From Dehalococcoidia bacterium (lineage in GTDB: Bacteria; Chloroflexota; Dehalococcoidia; Plut-88900), in assembly GCA_965249275.1 (NCBI GenBank), contig CBDFLQ010000005.1, positions 1 through 64,000 of the forward strand: a stretch of DNA of 64,000 bases, in the 5' to 3' direction. The position numbers and the translations under genes were made by a program. The notes beneath the pieces were generated by a model. That model was not told the origin of the DNA. It ran no database searches and saw only the letters and a program-made list of their open reading frames with translations. Shown here one piece after another: positions 1 through 8,956 of the stretch (positions within the stretch are counted from its first letter, which is position 1; the number at the start of each line of letters is the position of its first letter).

Positions 1-1328
1 AGGGCGAGGCTGCTTAGGAAGTCGTCGTGGCCTTGGGATGGGTCGACGAAGAAGTTGATTGTCTGGTTGGGTCTGACTGTGCTCCTTGCTTTGGAGATTT
101 GGGACCAGAATTCGTGGGACTCGGGGGAGCCGTCGGGCTTGTAGATTTGGAGCCTGCCGGAGTTGACGGCAGCGAGGAGGTCGAAGCCGAGGTCTGACTT
201 GCTGCGGGCGGTGAAGTTGAAGGGTTTGACGATGGAGGTTCCCAGACTCTTACGCAGGAAGGCGGCGACGCCTGCGCCGATGCCGGTGGCGTCGACGACT
301 ACTCTGCGGCAACCCCACACCTTTTTGAGAAGGTGAGCCAATGTCGAGAAGGTCTCGGTGTGGGGTTTACCCGTCCACCAGAAGTGCTCGACCACTCTGA
401 GGGACGGGAGTATCGACTCGAAGCCGTCGTCGAGGGAACGGAGTTCACCGATGGTGACGACGGTGGAGTCGCGCAAAGGCTCGATGGCCCTTAGCCCTGC
501 ATTGCCAGGGTCTTCAGATTCACCGGCAAGGTCTATGCCGGCGACGTAAACGCGCCCGGGAAGGGGAGCGCTGTATCGGCAGTGGTTGCCCTGTAGGAGG
601 GCCTGCCGCGTATTATCCAGGAACCTTCCATCGCCGGAAACGGGGGTGAGGCAGTACTGGGAGAGGAAGAGGGGGTGATCGCTGCCGAGGCGTTGGCGTT
701 CGGCCTCGACGTAGCGCTGGTAGTAGGGGTTGTGCTGGGCTACGGCCTGCCAGTCGAACTCGAAGTGGCGCTGGATGCCGTCGGAGCGCTGGAGCTCGAG
801 GTTGGACTGCTTGACCTGCTCGAGGAGGGAAGTATCTTGCCAGGCGGTGCCGTAGTGGACGGTGGTGACGTTGGAGGATGCGCCCATAGGCATGAAATCG
901 CGGTTGAATTTGTCGGGGGAAACGTCCTGGGACTCGTCGATTTCGAGGATAAGGCTGGCGGTGTTGCCGACGACGTTGCCGGAGGGGTGGGCGCTGAGAA
1001 ATAGCTGGCGGGCGCGGCCGACGCGGAAGAGGCTGCCGCGTTCGAAAACGACGTAGGGGTGAAGGCGCTGACGTCGGAGGACGTCATTGAGGCGGGAGAT
1101 GCTGATGAGGGCCTGGGGGTGGAAGGTGGGGGCGGCCTTTATGGCGGTGCCGCCGGTCTCGGCAAAGGCGAGGAGGAGGCTGCTTTCGACGCGGGCGGAT
1201 ATCTCGTTCTTACCGCCCTGTCGGGCGATCATGACGGAGAAGGAGAGGCCCTTGCGATGCCAGGCGCTATCGAAGACGGCCTCGGCTATCTGCCTCTGGT
1301 AGGGCCTGAGGGAGTGGATGGTTACCAG
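1..1328 (-). CDS. Phage-type terminase large subunit (runs off the left window edge; start uncertain, possibly CTG at 1328)
   Basis: Not in the ORF track; translated by hand as one open frame: LRPYQ adenine-binding motif, Walker A ARQGGKN, Walker B LILEIDE, coupling motif YGTA, RNase H-like nuclease motifs YVAGIDLAG, VVVDATGIG and GHDD. Confidence 0.85.
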   Translation of the reverse strand, partial: MVTIHSLRPYQRQIAEAVFDSAWHRKGLSFSVMIARQGGKNEISARVESSLLLAFAETGGTAIKAAPTFHPQALISISRLNDVLRRQRLHPYVVFERGSLFRVGRARQLFLSAHPSGNVVGNTASLILEIDESQDVSPDKFNRDFMPMGASSNVTTVHYGTAWQDTSLLEQVKQSNLELQRSDGIQRHFEFDWQAVAQHNPYYQRYVEAERQRLGSDHPLFLSQYCLTPVSGDGRFLDNTRQALLQGNHCRYSAPLPGRVYVAGIDLAGESEDPGNAGLRAIEPLRDSTVVTIGELRSLDDGFESILPSLRVVEHFWWTGKPHTETFSTLAHLLKKVWGCRRVVVDATGIGAGVAAFLRKSLGTSIVKPFNFTARSKSDLGFDLLAAVNSGRLQIYKPDGSPESHEFWSQISKARSTVRPNQTINFFVDPSQGHDDFLSSLA

Positions 1329-1549
1329 GGGGTGACTCCGGCGATGCCGAATACGAACTGGAGCATGGCGGCGATCATGACGAAGAAGAAGAGGGTGTTG
1401 ATGCGGCCCTTGAGCTCGGCGATTTGCTGGTGGAGCTCTGCGAGGCGCATTTCCAGGACGGCGTCGAAGGTGGACTCGGGCCGGATGGCGGGGGGCATGG
1501 GGGTTTGGGGTTTGCGGTTGAATATGTTCATGGGGTTGATCATTAGCAT
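1322..1549 (-). CDS. Small coiled-coil protein with a C-terminal transmembrane helix, in the terminase operon
   Basis: 75 aa; LEMRLAELHQQIAELKGRIN followed by hydrophobic LFFFVMIAAMLQFVFG; overlaps both neighbours. Confidence 0.6.
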   Translation of the reverse strand: MLMINPMNIFNRKPQTPMPPAIRPESTFDAVLEMRLAELHQQIAELKGRINTLFFFVMIAAMLQFVFGIAGVTPW

Positions 1550-1983
1550 CCGCTCCAGGGGACTCTATCGAGTCCGAGGGTGTCGGCGGCTTCTCTGAGC
1601 GCGTCTATAACGGCGGTGTCGTCGGAGTCATCGGAGCCTTTGGAGGCGCGTATCTTGGCGGCATAGGCGCGGATGATGAGCTCGATGGCCTTAAATATGC
1701 GGAGTTCGTATTTGCGTTTTTGGGTTTTGCTTTTCTCGTCTACGGCTTCATGGATTTTCCGGTCTTTTATCAGGATCCTACGGAGACGCAGACGGAGGAT
1801 GGCGATTTCCGAGTCGAGGCTTTCGATCTTCCGGGCCTGGGTGAGTTTTTTCTGCATGCCAGTGGTGAAACCGGGTGCATAGAAGGAGTCTCCCGGGGCG
1901 ACGGGCTGTTTGGGCCGATCGCCCCGGGGCTCCATTGACTCGGGCTCCGGGGGATGGGAGGGGTTGGGGGTCTTGTTGGTCAT
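1543..1983 (-). CDS. Putative terminase small subunit
   Basis: ATG at 1983 with AAGGA RBS; helical basic protein (FY...LDSEIAILRLRL); first gene of the operon, two genes upstream of terL. Confidence 0.55.
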   Translation of the reverse strand: MTNKTPNPSHPPEPESMEPRGDRPKQPVAPGDSFYAPGFTTGMQKKLTQARKIESLDSEIAILRLRLRRILIKDRKIHEAVDEKSKTQKRKYELRIFKAIELIIRAYAAKIRASKGSDDSDDTAVIDALREAADTLGLDRVPWSGC

Positions 1984-2065
1984 TCGGCAGTCCTTTCGAT
2001 CTTTTCGGCAATTCAGTTTGTTTCGGCAGGTGGTCCGGCCCTTGTGCGGGCCCGAGTCGGGGGGC

Positions 2066-2095
2066 AATATAGAATATGTGTGCTAGATTAGTCAA
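2066..2095 (-). promoter_or_regulatory. sigma70-like promoter (TTGACT-N18-TATATT) overlapped by a degenerate LexA/SOS box
   Basis: AGAATATGTGTGCT at 2071-2084 has 2 mismatches to AGAAC-N4-GTTCT and lies in the -35/-10 spacer. Confidence 0.55.
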
Positions 2096-2211
2096 TAGGT
2101 CCGTGTCACTTTTTGGGGGGGTGGGGGGTTTGACAAGGGCGCGGGGTTGATGGTTAATGTCTGTTACAAGGGAAGACTAGTACGCCATGAGTTCCGAGGA
2201 GGTGACCTGCG

Positions 2212-4410
2212 ATGCTTGGCCCGAAGTCCTCGACTGTCTCCCGGTATACAGGTTCCAAAAGATCTTGCCCTTCGAAACTGCTGCGGTTGGCCCTGCTGTG
2301 CGGGTTGCTGGGTCTGGCGGCGGCATTGCTCGGGGCCTGCTCCAACGAGTCCGGGCCCACGGCCACGGCTGACCCAAGCACAACGCCTGCGGTCACGGCT
2401 GTAGCAGAACCGACGGTTAATCCCACGCCGACGCCTGTTTCGACTCCCGTACCGACGCCGGAGCCCACGGCAATGTCAACTCCCATACCGACGCCGGAGC
2501 CTACGGCAATGCCAACTCCCATGCCGACGCCGGAGCCTACGGCAACGCCAACTCCCAACCCGTGCCCGACCGGCACCACAGGGGAAGATTGGGTAAGTGA
2601 GGACTTCTGGAGCAACGCGGACCTGGCGCAAGTCCAGGCAGAGCTGAAGTGCGGGGCCGACATCGGGGCGAGGGATGAGGACAACTGGACGCCACTGCAT
2701 CTTACGGCGAGATACAACGAGAACCCGGAGGTGGTCCGGGCGCTGCTGGATGTGGGGGCCGACATTCAGGCGAAGTCCGAATTCGATTCTACGCCCCTAC
2801 ATTTTGCAGCGGGATCCAGCGAGAACCCGGGGGTGGTAAAGGCGCTGCTGGATGCGGGGGCCGACATCCAGGCGAGGGATAACGTTGGCGGTACTCCCCT
2901 GCATGCTGCGGCGGGATTCAATGAGAACCCTGATGTGGTCCGGGCGCTGCTGAATGCGGGGGCCGACATCGAGGCAAAGACTGACAACGACGGCGTTACG
3001 CCCCTGCATCTTGCGGCGGATCACAACGACAACCCGGAGGTGATCCGGGCGCTGGTGGATGCGGGGGCCGACATCGAGTCGAAGACCAACGGCGATTTTA
3101 CCCCCCTGCACTATGCGGCGAGAAACAACGAGAACCCAGAGGTAGTGCAGGCGCTGGTAGATGCGGGGGCCGACATCGAGTCGAAGGGCAACGGCGATCT
3201 TACCCCCCTGCACTTTGCGGCGAGAAACAACGAGAACCCAGAGGTAGTGCAGGCGCTGGTGGATGCGGGGGCCGACATCGAGGCAAAGACCAACCGCGGT
3301 CTTACGCCCCTGCACCATGCGGCGGGATTCAACGAGAACCCGGCGGCGGTACAGGGGTTAGTGGATGCGGGGGCCGACATCGAGGCGGAGACCAACCGCG
3401 GTTTTACGCCCCTACATCTTGCGGCGTGGTACAACGAGAACCCGGAGGTGGTACAGGGGCTAGTGGATGCGGGGGCCGACGTCGAGGCGGGGACCGGCGA
3501 TGTCGGTACGCCCCTGCACTATGCGGCGAAATTCAACGAGAACCCAGAGGTAGTGCAGGCGCTGGTGGATGCGGGGGCCGACATTGAGGCGAGGGATGGC
3601 GATGGCGCTACGCCTCTGCATGTTGCGGCGGCATTCAACGAGAACACGGGGGTGGTACAGACGCTGGTGGATGCGGGGGCCGACATCGAGGCGAGGGAAG
3701 GCAATGGCCTTACGCCCCTGCATATTGCGGCATGGTACAACGATGACCCGGAGATGGTACAGGCGCTGGTGGATGCGGGGGCCAACATTGAGGCGAGGCA
3801 AGGCCAAGGCATTGGCCGTACGCCCCTGCACTATGCGGCGAGATTCAGCGGGAACCTGGCGGTGGCACAGACGCTGCTGGATGCGGGGGCCGATCCCAAT
3901 GCGAGGGATGAGGACAACTGGACGCCACTGCATCTTACGGCGAGATTCAGTGAGAACACGGGGATGGTACAGGTGCTGGTGGATGCGGGGGCCGATCCCA
4001 ATGCGAAGGATGACAATGACGGTACGCCCCTGCTCTATACGGTGAGATTCGCCGAGAACCCGGAGATGGTACAGGCGCTGCTGGATGTGGGGGCCGACAT
4101 CGAGGCGAGGGAAAGCATTGGCCGTACGCCCCTGCACTATGCGGCGGGATTCAACGAGAACCTGGCGGTGGTACAGATACTGCTGGATGCGGGGGCCGAT
4201 CCTAATGCGAGGGATGTCAAAGACGGTACGCCCCTGCATATTGCGGCGATGTTCAATGAGAACCCGGATATGATACGGGCGCTGGTGGATGCGGGGGCCG
4301 ATCCCAGTGCGAGGGATGTCATTGGCGCCACGCCCCTGGATATTGCGGCGATCTTCAACGAGAACCCGGAGGTGGTGCAGGCGCTGGTGGATGTGGGGGC
4401 CGACGCATGA
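2212..4410 (+). CDS. Ankyrin-repeat lipoprotein with a Pro/Thr-rich linker
   Basis: Lipobox LLGAC, PT repeats, 17 ankyrin repeats of ~34 aa (TPLHxAA...NENPEVVQALVDAGADIEA). Confidence 0.93.
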   Translation: MLGPKSSTVSRYTGSKRSCPSKLLRLALLCGLLGLAAALLGACSNESGPTATADPSTTPAVTAVAEPTVNPTPTPVSTPVPTPEPTAMSTPIPTPEPTAMPTPMPTPEPTATPTPNPCPTGTTGEDWVSEDFWSNADLAQVQAELKCGADIGARDEDNWTPLHLTARYNENPEVVRALLDVGADIQAKSEFDSTPLHFAAGSSENPGVVKALLDAGADIQARDNVGGTPLHAAAGFNENPDVVRALLNAGADIEAKTDNDGVTPLHLAADHNDNPEVIRALVDAGADIESKTNGDFTPLHYAARNNENPEVVQALVDAGADIESKGNGDLTPLHFAARNNENPEVVQALVDAGADIEAKTNRGLTPLHHAAGFNENPAAVQGLVDAGADIEAETNRGFTPLHLAAWYNENPEVVQGLVDAGADVEAGTGDVGTPLHYAAKFNENPEVVQALVDAGADIEARDGDGATPLHVAAAFNENTGVVQTLVDAGADIEAREGNGLTPLHIAAWYNDDPEMVQALVDAGANIEARQGQGIGRTPLHYAARFSGNLAVAQTLLDAGADPNARDEDNWTPLHLTARFSENTGMVQVLVDAGADPNAKDDNDGTPLLYTVRFAENPEMVQALLDVGADIEARESIGRTPLHYAAGFNENLAVVQILLDAGADPNARDVKDGTPLHIAAMFNENPDMIRALVDAGADPSARDVIGATPLDIAAIFNENPEVVQALVDVGADA

Positions 4411-4600
4411 GCGTTGCCGTAAGCGCCAGAGTGGTTGAGAGGAGTCTCATTAGCAAAGCCGACGGCAGAGAGACTGCCTCTATTGGGGGGGGGGTAGAGG
4501 AAAAGGTCCCGCCCCAGATTCCTGGCGGGGCATCGGGATGGGAGGGGGTGGAGTCGGGGGTGGATTGTTCAGCAGGGGGTGAGTGGCGGGCTTGCGCTGT

Positions 4601-4628
4601 AGATTCCTCGCGGGGCCTCGGAATGACA
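4601..4628. repeat. GTCATTCC-type palindromic REP-like repeat; related copies near 4680, 6781, 7450, 8600, 8795, 12535, 24481, 59355, 61832, 62349, 63351
   Basis: AGATTCCTCGCGGGGCCTCGGAATGACA and GGATTCC-N-GGAATGAC variants recur in intergenic regions. Confidence 0.7.
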
Positions 4629-4773
4629 GTTAGTGAGGTGGAGGGGTGAGTATAATCGTGACTCAGGGAGAGGCGCTTTAGGTCCCTCGCGGGGCCTCGG
4701 GATGGGTGGGGGTGGGGTGGGGGGACAGGGGGGCGTGCTAATATGTAATTAAACCCCTTCCAGGAGGAGAGCT

Positions 4774-5361
4774 ATGGACCGCAACGAATTGAAACAGCGC
4801 CTCACTCGAGAGCAGTACCACGTTACCCAGCAGAAGGGCACGGAAAGGCCTTTCAGCGGCGAGCTGTGGAACAACAAGGAGTTGGGGGTGTACAGATGTG
4901 TCGTCTGTGACGCTGAACTGTTCGACTCGGAGACGAAGTTTGAGTCGGGGACCGGGTGGCCGAGCTTCTACGACGCGATGGACAAGTCCAAGCTGGAGAC
5001 GGAGACGGACTTCGGCCACGGGATGGTGCGCACGGAGGTGATGTGCAAGGCCTGCGAGGCCCATCTCGGACACATCTTCCCGGACGGGCCTCAGCCCACG
5101 GGGTTGAGGTATTGCCTGAACTCTGCTTCGTTGAAGTTTGAGGGGAGGGGGGAGGGGGCAGGGGGCCGGGTGACGAGCACAGGGGAATTGAGGGCGGAAT
5201 TCTCAAAGACTCGCTTGGAGCTGAGAGCGGAAATCGAGAAGACCCGGTTGGAGATGCAGAGGCTCTATGTGAGGACTATCAAAGTGCTGGTTGGTTTCAT
5301 GGCGGGCTTCATGGTCATCGGCTTGGGTGGCTTCACGGCCATCGTCATGTTCCTCGGCTGA
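4774..5361 (+). CDS. msrB: Peptide-methionine (R)-S-oxide reductase with a C-terminal DUF1640-like coiled-coil/TM extension
   Basis: GTERPFSG, CxxC pairs, GWPSF, HLGHIF and RYCLNSASL motifs; ~70 extra C-terminal residues. Confidence 0.92.
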   Translation: MDRNELKQRLTREQYHVTQQKGTERPFSGELWNNKELGVYRCVVCDAELFDSETKFESGTGWPSFYDAMDKSKLETETDFGHGMVRTEVMCKACEAHLGHIFPDGPQPTGLRYCLNSASLKFEGRGEGAGGRVTSTGELRAEFSKTRLELRAEIEKTRLEMQRLYVRTIKVLVGFMAGFMVIGLGGFTAIVMFLG

Positions 5362-5426
5362 CGGTGGGATTGTTGGTTTGATGGTGGGCAGGGGACACAC
5401 CCGTGCTATAATGGCCTCATGGGAGG

Positions 5427-5751
5427 ATGGCAATGACCACTGTGGAAGAGCGGCTCAGCCGGCTGGAGGGCGTTTATGATCACCTCTCCTCTAAAGCTGA
5501 CGTTGCCAAGGTGGAAACGCAGATTGCCGATTTGCGTACGGAGTTGAAGGGGGACATTGCGGGGCTGCGTACGGAGTTGAAGGGGGGACATCGCCGGGTT
5601 GCGGACGGAGTTGAAAGGGGACATCGCCGGGCTGCGGACGGAGATTTACAGGGTCAACGCAAGTTCCGTCAAGTGGCTGGTTAGCTTTATGGCAGCCTGC
5701 ATGGTCGTCGGTCTGGGCGCCATGACTGCCATAGTCCAGTTTCTCGGATAA
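5427..5751 (+). pseudogene. DUF1640-like coiled-coil protein with 33-bp repeats, frameshifted by one extra G (or a sequencing error)
   Basis: LRTELKGDIAG repeats; the second repeat has G6 at 5582-5587 against G5 in the first; the corrected frame ends KWLVSFMAACMVVGLGAMTAIVQFLG-TAA(5751). Confidence 0.75.
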
Positions 5752-5781
5752 CTGCTTCTCATCCCCCGGACACCTACCGGT

Positions 5782-6123
5782 ATGGACTGCATCTTCTGCA
5801 AAATAGTGGCGGGGGAGATACCAGCCGAGGTGCTTCATCGGGACGAGCAGGTCATCGTCATCCGGGACATCAATCCCCAGGCCCCCGTTCACCTTCTCGT
5901 CCTGCCCACCACACACCTCGAGTCGGTCCAGGAGATTGAGGCCGGGAATGCCTCGCTGGCCGGGCACATGACAGTCGTAGCCAACGACATGGCCCGCAGG
6001 GAAGGCGTCTTCGATAAGGGATACCGACTCACCATCAACTGCGGCGATGAGGGAGGCCAGACTGTCGGGCACCTGCACATGCACGTTCTCGGGGGTAGGC
6101 AGCTTTCGGGGCAGCTGGGCTAG
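5782..6123 (+). CDS. hinT: Histidine triad (HIT) nucleotide-binding protein
   Basis: DCIFCKI, PQAPVHLLVLP, GQTVGHLHMHVLGGR. Confidence 0.95.
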   Translation: MDCIFCKIVAGEIPAEVLHRDEQVIVIRDINPQAPVHLLVLPTTHLESVQEIEAGNASLAGHMTVVANDMARREGVFDKGYRLTINCGDEGGQTVGHLHMHVLGGRQLSGQLG

Positions 6124-6129
6124 CCCGAG

Positions 6130-6702
6130 GTGACCGTCCCCGAGTCCACAATCGAGGAGATCAGGCGCGATGTCGGCCAACTCTCCAAAAGCCTGTTTGA
6201 GCATATCCTGAGGGTTAAGGAAATTGCGGTCGGCCTGGCCGAGACCCACGGCCTGGACGTCCAAAAGGTGAGCACTGCTGCCCTGCTCCACGATCTGGCT
6301 CGGGCCAAACGCCCCGAGGAATTGATTTCTCTGGCCGAGGGTTTCGGCATTGAGATTGGCTCACTGGAGGCTCGGATGCCGATCTTTCTGCACGGCCCCG
6401 TGGCAACGGCGTTGGCTTGCGAACGCTACGGCATCGAAGACCCGGAGATACTGGAGGCGGTGAGGGTACACACGACGGGGTCAGCGGGCATGGGCCCCGT
6501 GGCCCGGGCCGTCTTTCTCGCCGACAAGCTGGACCCGACGAAGGACCGTCGGTATCCGTTCAATGCGCGGGTGAGGGAGTTGGCTGCACAGGACTTAGAC
6601 GCGGCCTTGCTTGCATTTCTGGATGGTGACATCTCGGGGCACGTGGCCGGGGGTCGGGTGGTGCACCCGGCGAGTGTGGCGTTGAGGAACGAGCTTTTGT
6701 AG
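6130..6702 (+). CDS. yqeK: HD-domain Ap4A hydrolase, YqeK family
   Basis: H..RV, LLHDLAR, LHGPVA, HTTG, FLADKL motifs. Confidence 0.85.
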   Translation: MTVPESTIEEIRRDVGQLSKSLFEHILRVKEIAVGLAETHGLDVQKVSTAALLHDLARAKRPEELISLAEGFGIEIGSLEARMPIFLHGPVATALACERYGIEDPEILEAVRVHTTGSAGMGPVARAVFLADKLDPTKDRRYPFNARVRELAAQDLDAALLAFLDGDISGHVAGGRVVHPASVALRNELL

Positions 6703-6713
6703 CACCCACTCAC

Positions 6714-6769
6714 GGCGCTCATACTTTGAGAGCCTCCCGCCTCAGGCGGATCTTCGACAGCACGAGCGG
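6714..6769. repeat. CGCTCATACTTCGA..GCTCAGCACGAGCGG REP-like family (copies near 8750, 12490, 24390, 35030, 36285, 36360, 56430-56860, 59398, 62422); this copy carries a 22-nt insert
   Basis: Direct comparison with the uninterrupted copy at 12493-12523. Confidence 0.75.
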
Positions 6770-6909
6770 ACCCGCCCCTGGATTCTGGCTCGGGGGCCGG
6801 AATAGCGAGGGTTGGGTTGGGGGAATGTTGACAGGAGGTCGGGCTTTCAGATAGCGTTGCGGCGCATTCTGAGTCCTTTTAAGCTCCGGCGAAGAGCAAT
6901 CCAGGAAGA

Positions 6910-7143
6910 ATGAAGACCTACGTTTTCAACGTCGAAATGGAGCAAGACGAAGATGGCCGCTGGGGCGCGGGGATACCTGCTCTGCCCGGCTGCGCTACCT
7001 GGGGCTACACGGCGGAAGAAGCTCTGGAAGCGTTGCAAGAGGCGGCCCAAGCCTACCTGGAGGATATGGTGGAGGCGGGCGATTTCAGCCCGGATGGAAG
7101 GTTGCGCGTGGGCGGCACTCCGGCAGTCACAGTCACACTGTGA
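6910..7143 (+). CDS. hicB: HicB-family antitoxin
   Basis: EQDEDG.W...IPALPGCATWGYT.EEALEALQEA. Confidence 0.85.
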   Translation: MKTYVFNVEMEQDEDGRWGAGIPALPGCATWGYTAEEALEALQEAAQAYLEDMVEAGDFSPDGRLRVGGTPAVTVTL

Positions 7144-7402
7144 CTGACTCGACTCGGGTGGCGTTCCTGCTCAGGAACACACCTGTGCGCGAGATAATCG
7201 CGGCACTGGAGAGAGACGGCTTCGGCCTTCGGAGGTCCACGAGGACGGGATCCCGCATCTACCGGCATTCCGATGGCCGCAGAGCGGTCATACACTACCA
7301 TCGGGGAGGGATACGCTGGTAAGGAAAACTCTGCGAGAAATACTGAGAGGGGTCCAGTGGACCGAAGGGGACCTGAGGCGGCTGGACCTAATCAGGAATT
7401 GA
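7140..7402 (+). pseudogene. hicA: HicA-family toxin with a 1-nt deletion in a G run near 7308-7310
   Basis: REIIAALERDGF...GSRIYRHSDGRRAVIHYH; adding one G restores DTLVRKTLREILRGVQWTEGDLRRLDLIRN-TGA(7402). Confidence 0.75.
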
Positions 7403-7568
7403 CCGATGGGGGGTGAGGGGATAGGACACCCCACACCGCCCCGCGGGATGGATTCCGGCTCGGGGCAGCTATCTCTAATCCCGGACACTCTCCCTGGCAG
7501 TTCGGCAATGTCGTACGCTATTGCTCGGCCTAGGAGGGCGCTTCCTGCGTTGTTCTCGGAGTAAACCC

Positions 7569-8507
7569 ATGCTCAGCAAAATCCATAAACGGAGCGCGGA
7601 TTACGCAGCCTTTCTCCTAGAGTTGAGCAAATCTCTGGAGTGTCGCGCTAAAGCCAAGATTAAGGAGGCCCGCAAGCATTCGTTGAAAGACCTGGGTCGG
7701 GGAGTAACTGTCAACTTTGCAATGGCATTGTCGACCCTGGTGACGTTCACCTACTTCATTTGGGAGTTTGACCACATACACCGGTTGTATGACAGCGTTG
7801 TGATGAATCTTCTCGTTGCGTGGTTTCCTATCGCGGCGTTCTACGAAGGGATTCACCAAAAGGACAATGATCGACGGTTCAGTTTGCAGTACGCCGGGAT
7901 TGCTGCTTTATCAGTATCCATATTGGTTTTGGCGTTTAGCAACAGGCATGAGTTCCACGAATTAGGGATTAACGTAGTCCTGATAATGGCATCCTTTCCC
8001 TGGTTGTTCATATTCTGGAAACTGGTACGAAGAAAGAGGGTATTGGCAATTGGCATGACGCCGTCGGCAATCATGTTGATGGGTTATTGGGTTGTGCCCG
8101 CGCTCTCGGAGGGATTGGAGTTGTATTACTCTTTGGTCCCACTGCCTGTTGTCTCAATCCTGCTTGCCGCATGGACTCTCCTGGTATGGCTGCTATTCAA
8201 GGGTGTTGACAAGTTGACAACGCATCCCAAGCCTCCTGCGCATTCAAAGCATGCCGCGCATCAGAAGCATTCTACACTCGGCCCGCTTATGGAGAGCCTT
8301 GCAATGTTGTTCCTGTTCATTCCGACCATCATCCTTGCCATATTGGTTACCAGGACGATTCCGGGCGGCGAGGATTGGTCTGCAGTGACCACCGTAATAG
8401 TCGGCTTTGTACTTGGGAGCGTGATCTCAGACCCGTTCACATGTTTCTTGCGGAATTTTGGAAATCTCCCATCGGCTTGCAAAAATTATGGTGGAGATAA
8501 AAGTTGA
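7569..8507 (+). CDS. Multi-pass membrane protein of unknown function (lower GC, accessory islet)
   Basis: Roughly 9 hydrophobic segments; composition differs from flanking genes. Confidence 0.7.
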   Translation: MLSKIHKRSADYAAFLLELSKSLECRAKAKIKEARKHSLKDLGRGVTVNFAMALSTLVTFTYFIWEFDHIHRLYDSVVMNLLVAWFPIAAFYEGIHQKDNDRRFSLQYAGIAALSVSILVLAFSNRHEFHELGINVVLIMASFPWLFIFWKLVRRKRVLAIGMTPSAIMLMGYWVVPALSEGLELYYSLVPLPVVSILLAAWTLLVWLLFKGVDKLTTHPKPPAHSKHAAHQKHSTLGPLMESLAMLFLFIPTIILAILVTRTIPGGEDWSAVTTVIVGFVLGSVISDPFTCFLRNFGNLPSACKNYGGDKS

Positions 8508-8630
8508 AGAGAGTCAGGACGCTGAAAGACAAGTTAGTGAGTAATAAGATTTGGACTAGCTTTTCTTGGTTATCACCGGCTCCCGACCCCACGGGATGGT
8601 CCCGATCGGAGTCGGGAATGGCGGAGGGTG

Positions 8631-8677
8631 GGGTGGTGCATCCGGCGAGCGTGGTGTTGAGGAATGAGGTTTTGTAG
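8631..8677 (+). pseudogene. Displaced duplicate of the yqeK 3' end
   Basis: Matches 6656-6702 including TAG, with 5 substitutions. Confidence 0.85.
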
Positions 8678-8829
8678 TCTCGCTGCTCGACCCTTCGACA
8701 GGCTCATAGTGAGTGGTTTGCGTGGCGAACACGGATGGGGGATGGGCCACTCGTGCTGAGCTCGTCGAAGTATGAGCGGGGTGTGTGACGCCCTAGATTC
8801 CTCGCGGGGCCTCGGAATGACAGTAAAAC

Positions 8830-8864
8830 AATCGGGCGGTTGGCTGAGCCAACCGCCCGATTTT
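8830..8864. terminator. Intrinsic (possibly bidirectional) terminator
   Basis: AATCGGGCGGTTGGCT-G-AGCCAACCGCCCGATT flanked by AAAA and TTTT. Confidence 0.75.
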
Positions 8865-8886
8865 ATTACCTTGGAAGGGGAGATTT

Positions 8887-8945
8887 CACCCTCACCCTAG
8901 CCCTCTCACGCCTCGGCGTATCTACGACCCGTCGAGGGAGAGGGG
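8887..8945. repeat. CACCCTCACCCTAGCCCTCTCCC..GGGAGAGGGG REP-like family (copies near 15546, 16803, 20857/22167, 22649, 25774, 38086; variant near 60675)
   Basis: Recurring CCCTCTCCC/GGGAGAGGG hairpin with a CACCCT tail; this copy has a 21-nt insert. Confidence 0.8.
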
Positions 8946-8956
8946 ATGGGACAGGG

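Noticed and set aside
358-1598. ORF-track ORFs over the left edge (e.g. 675-1004, 740-1087, 1059-1598)
   Set aside because: They overlap the real minus-strand terminase operon; terL itself is missing from the track because it leaves the window.
2650-4410. Diversity-generating retroelement acting on the ankyrin repeats
   Set aside because: No reverse transcriptase in the window and differences between repeats are not adenine-specific.
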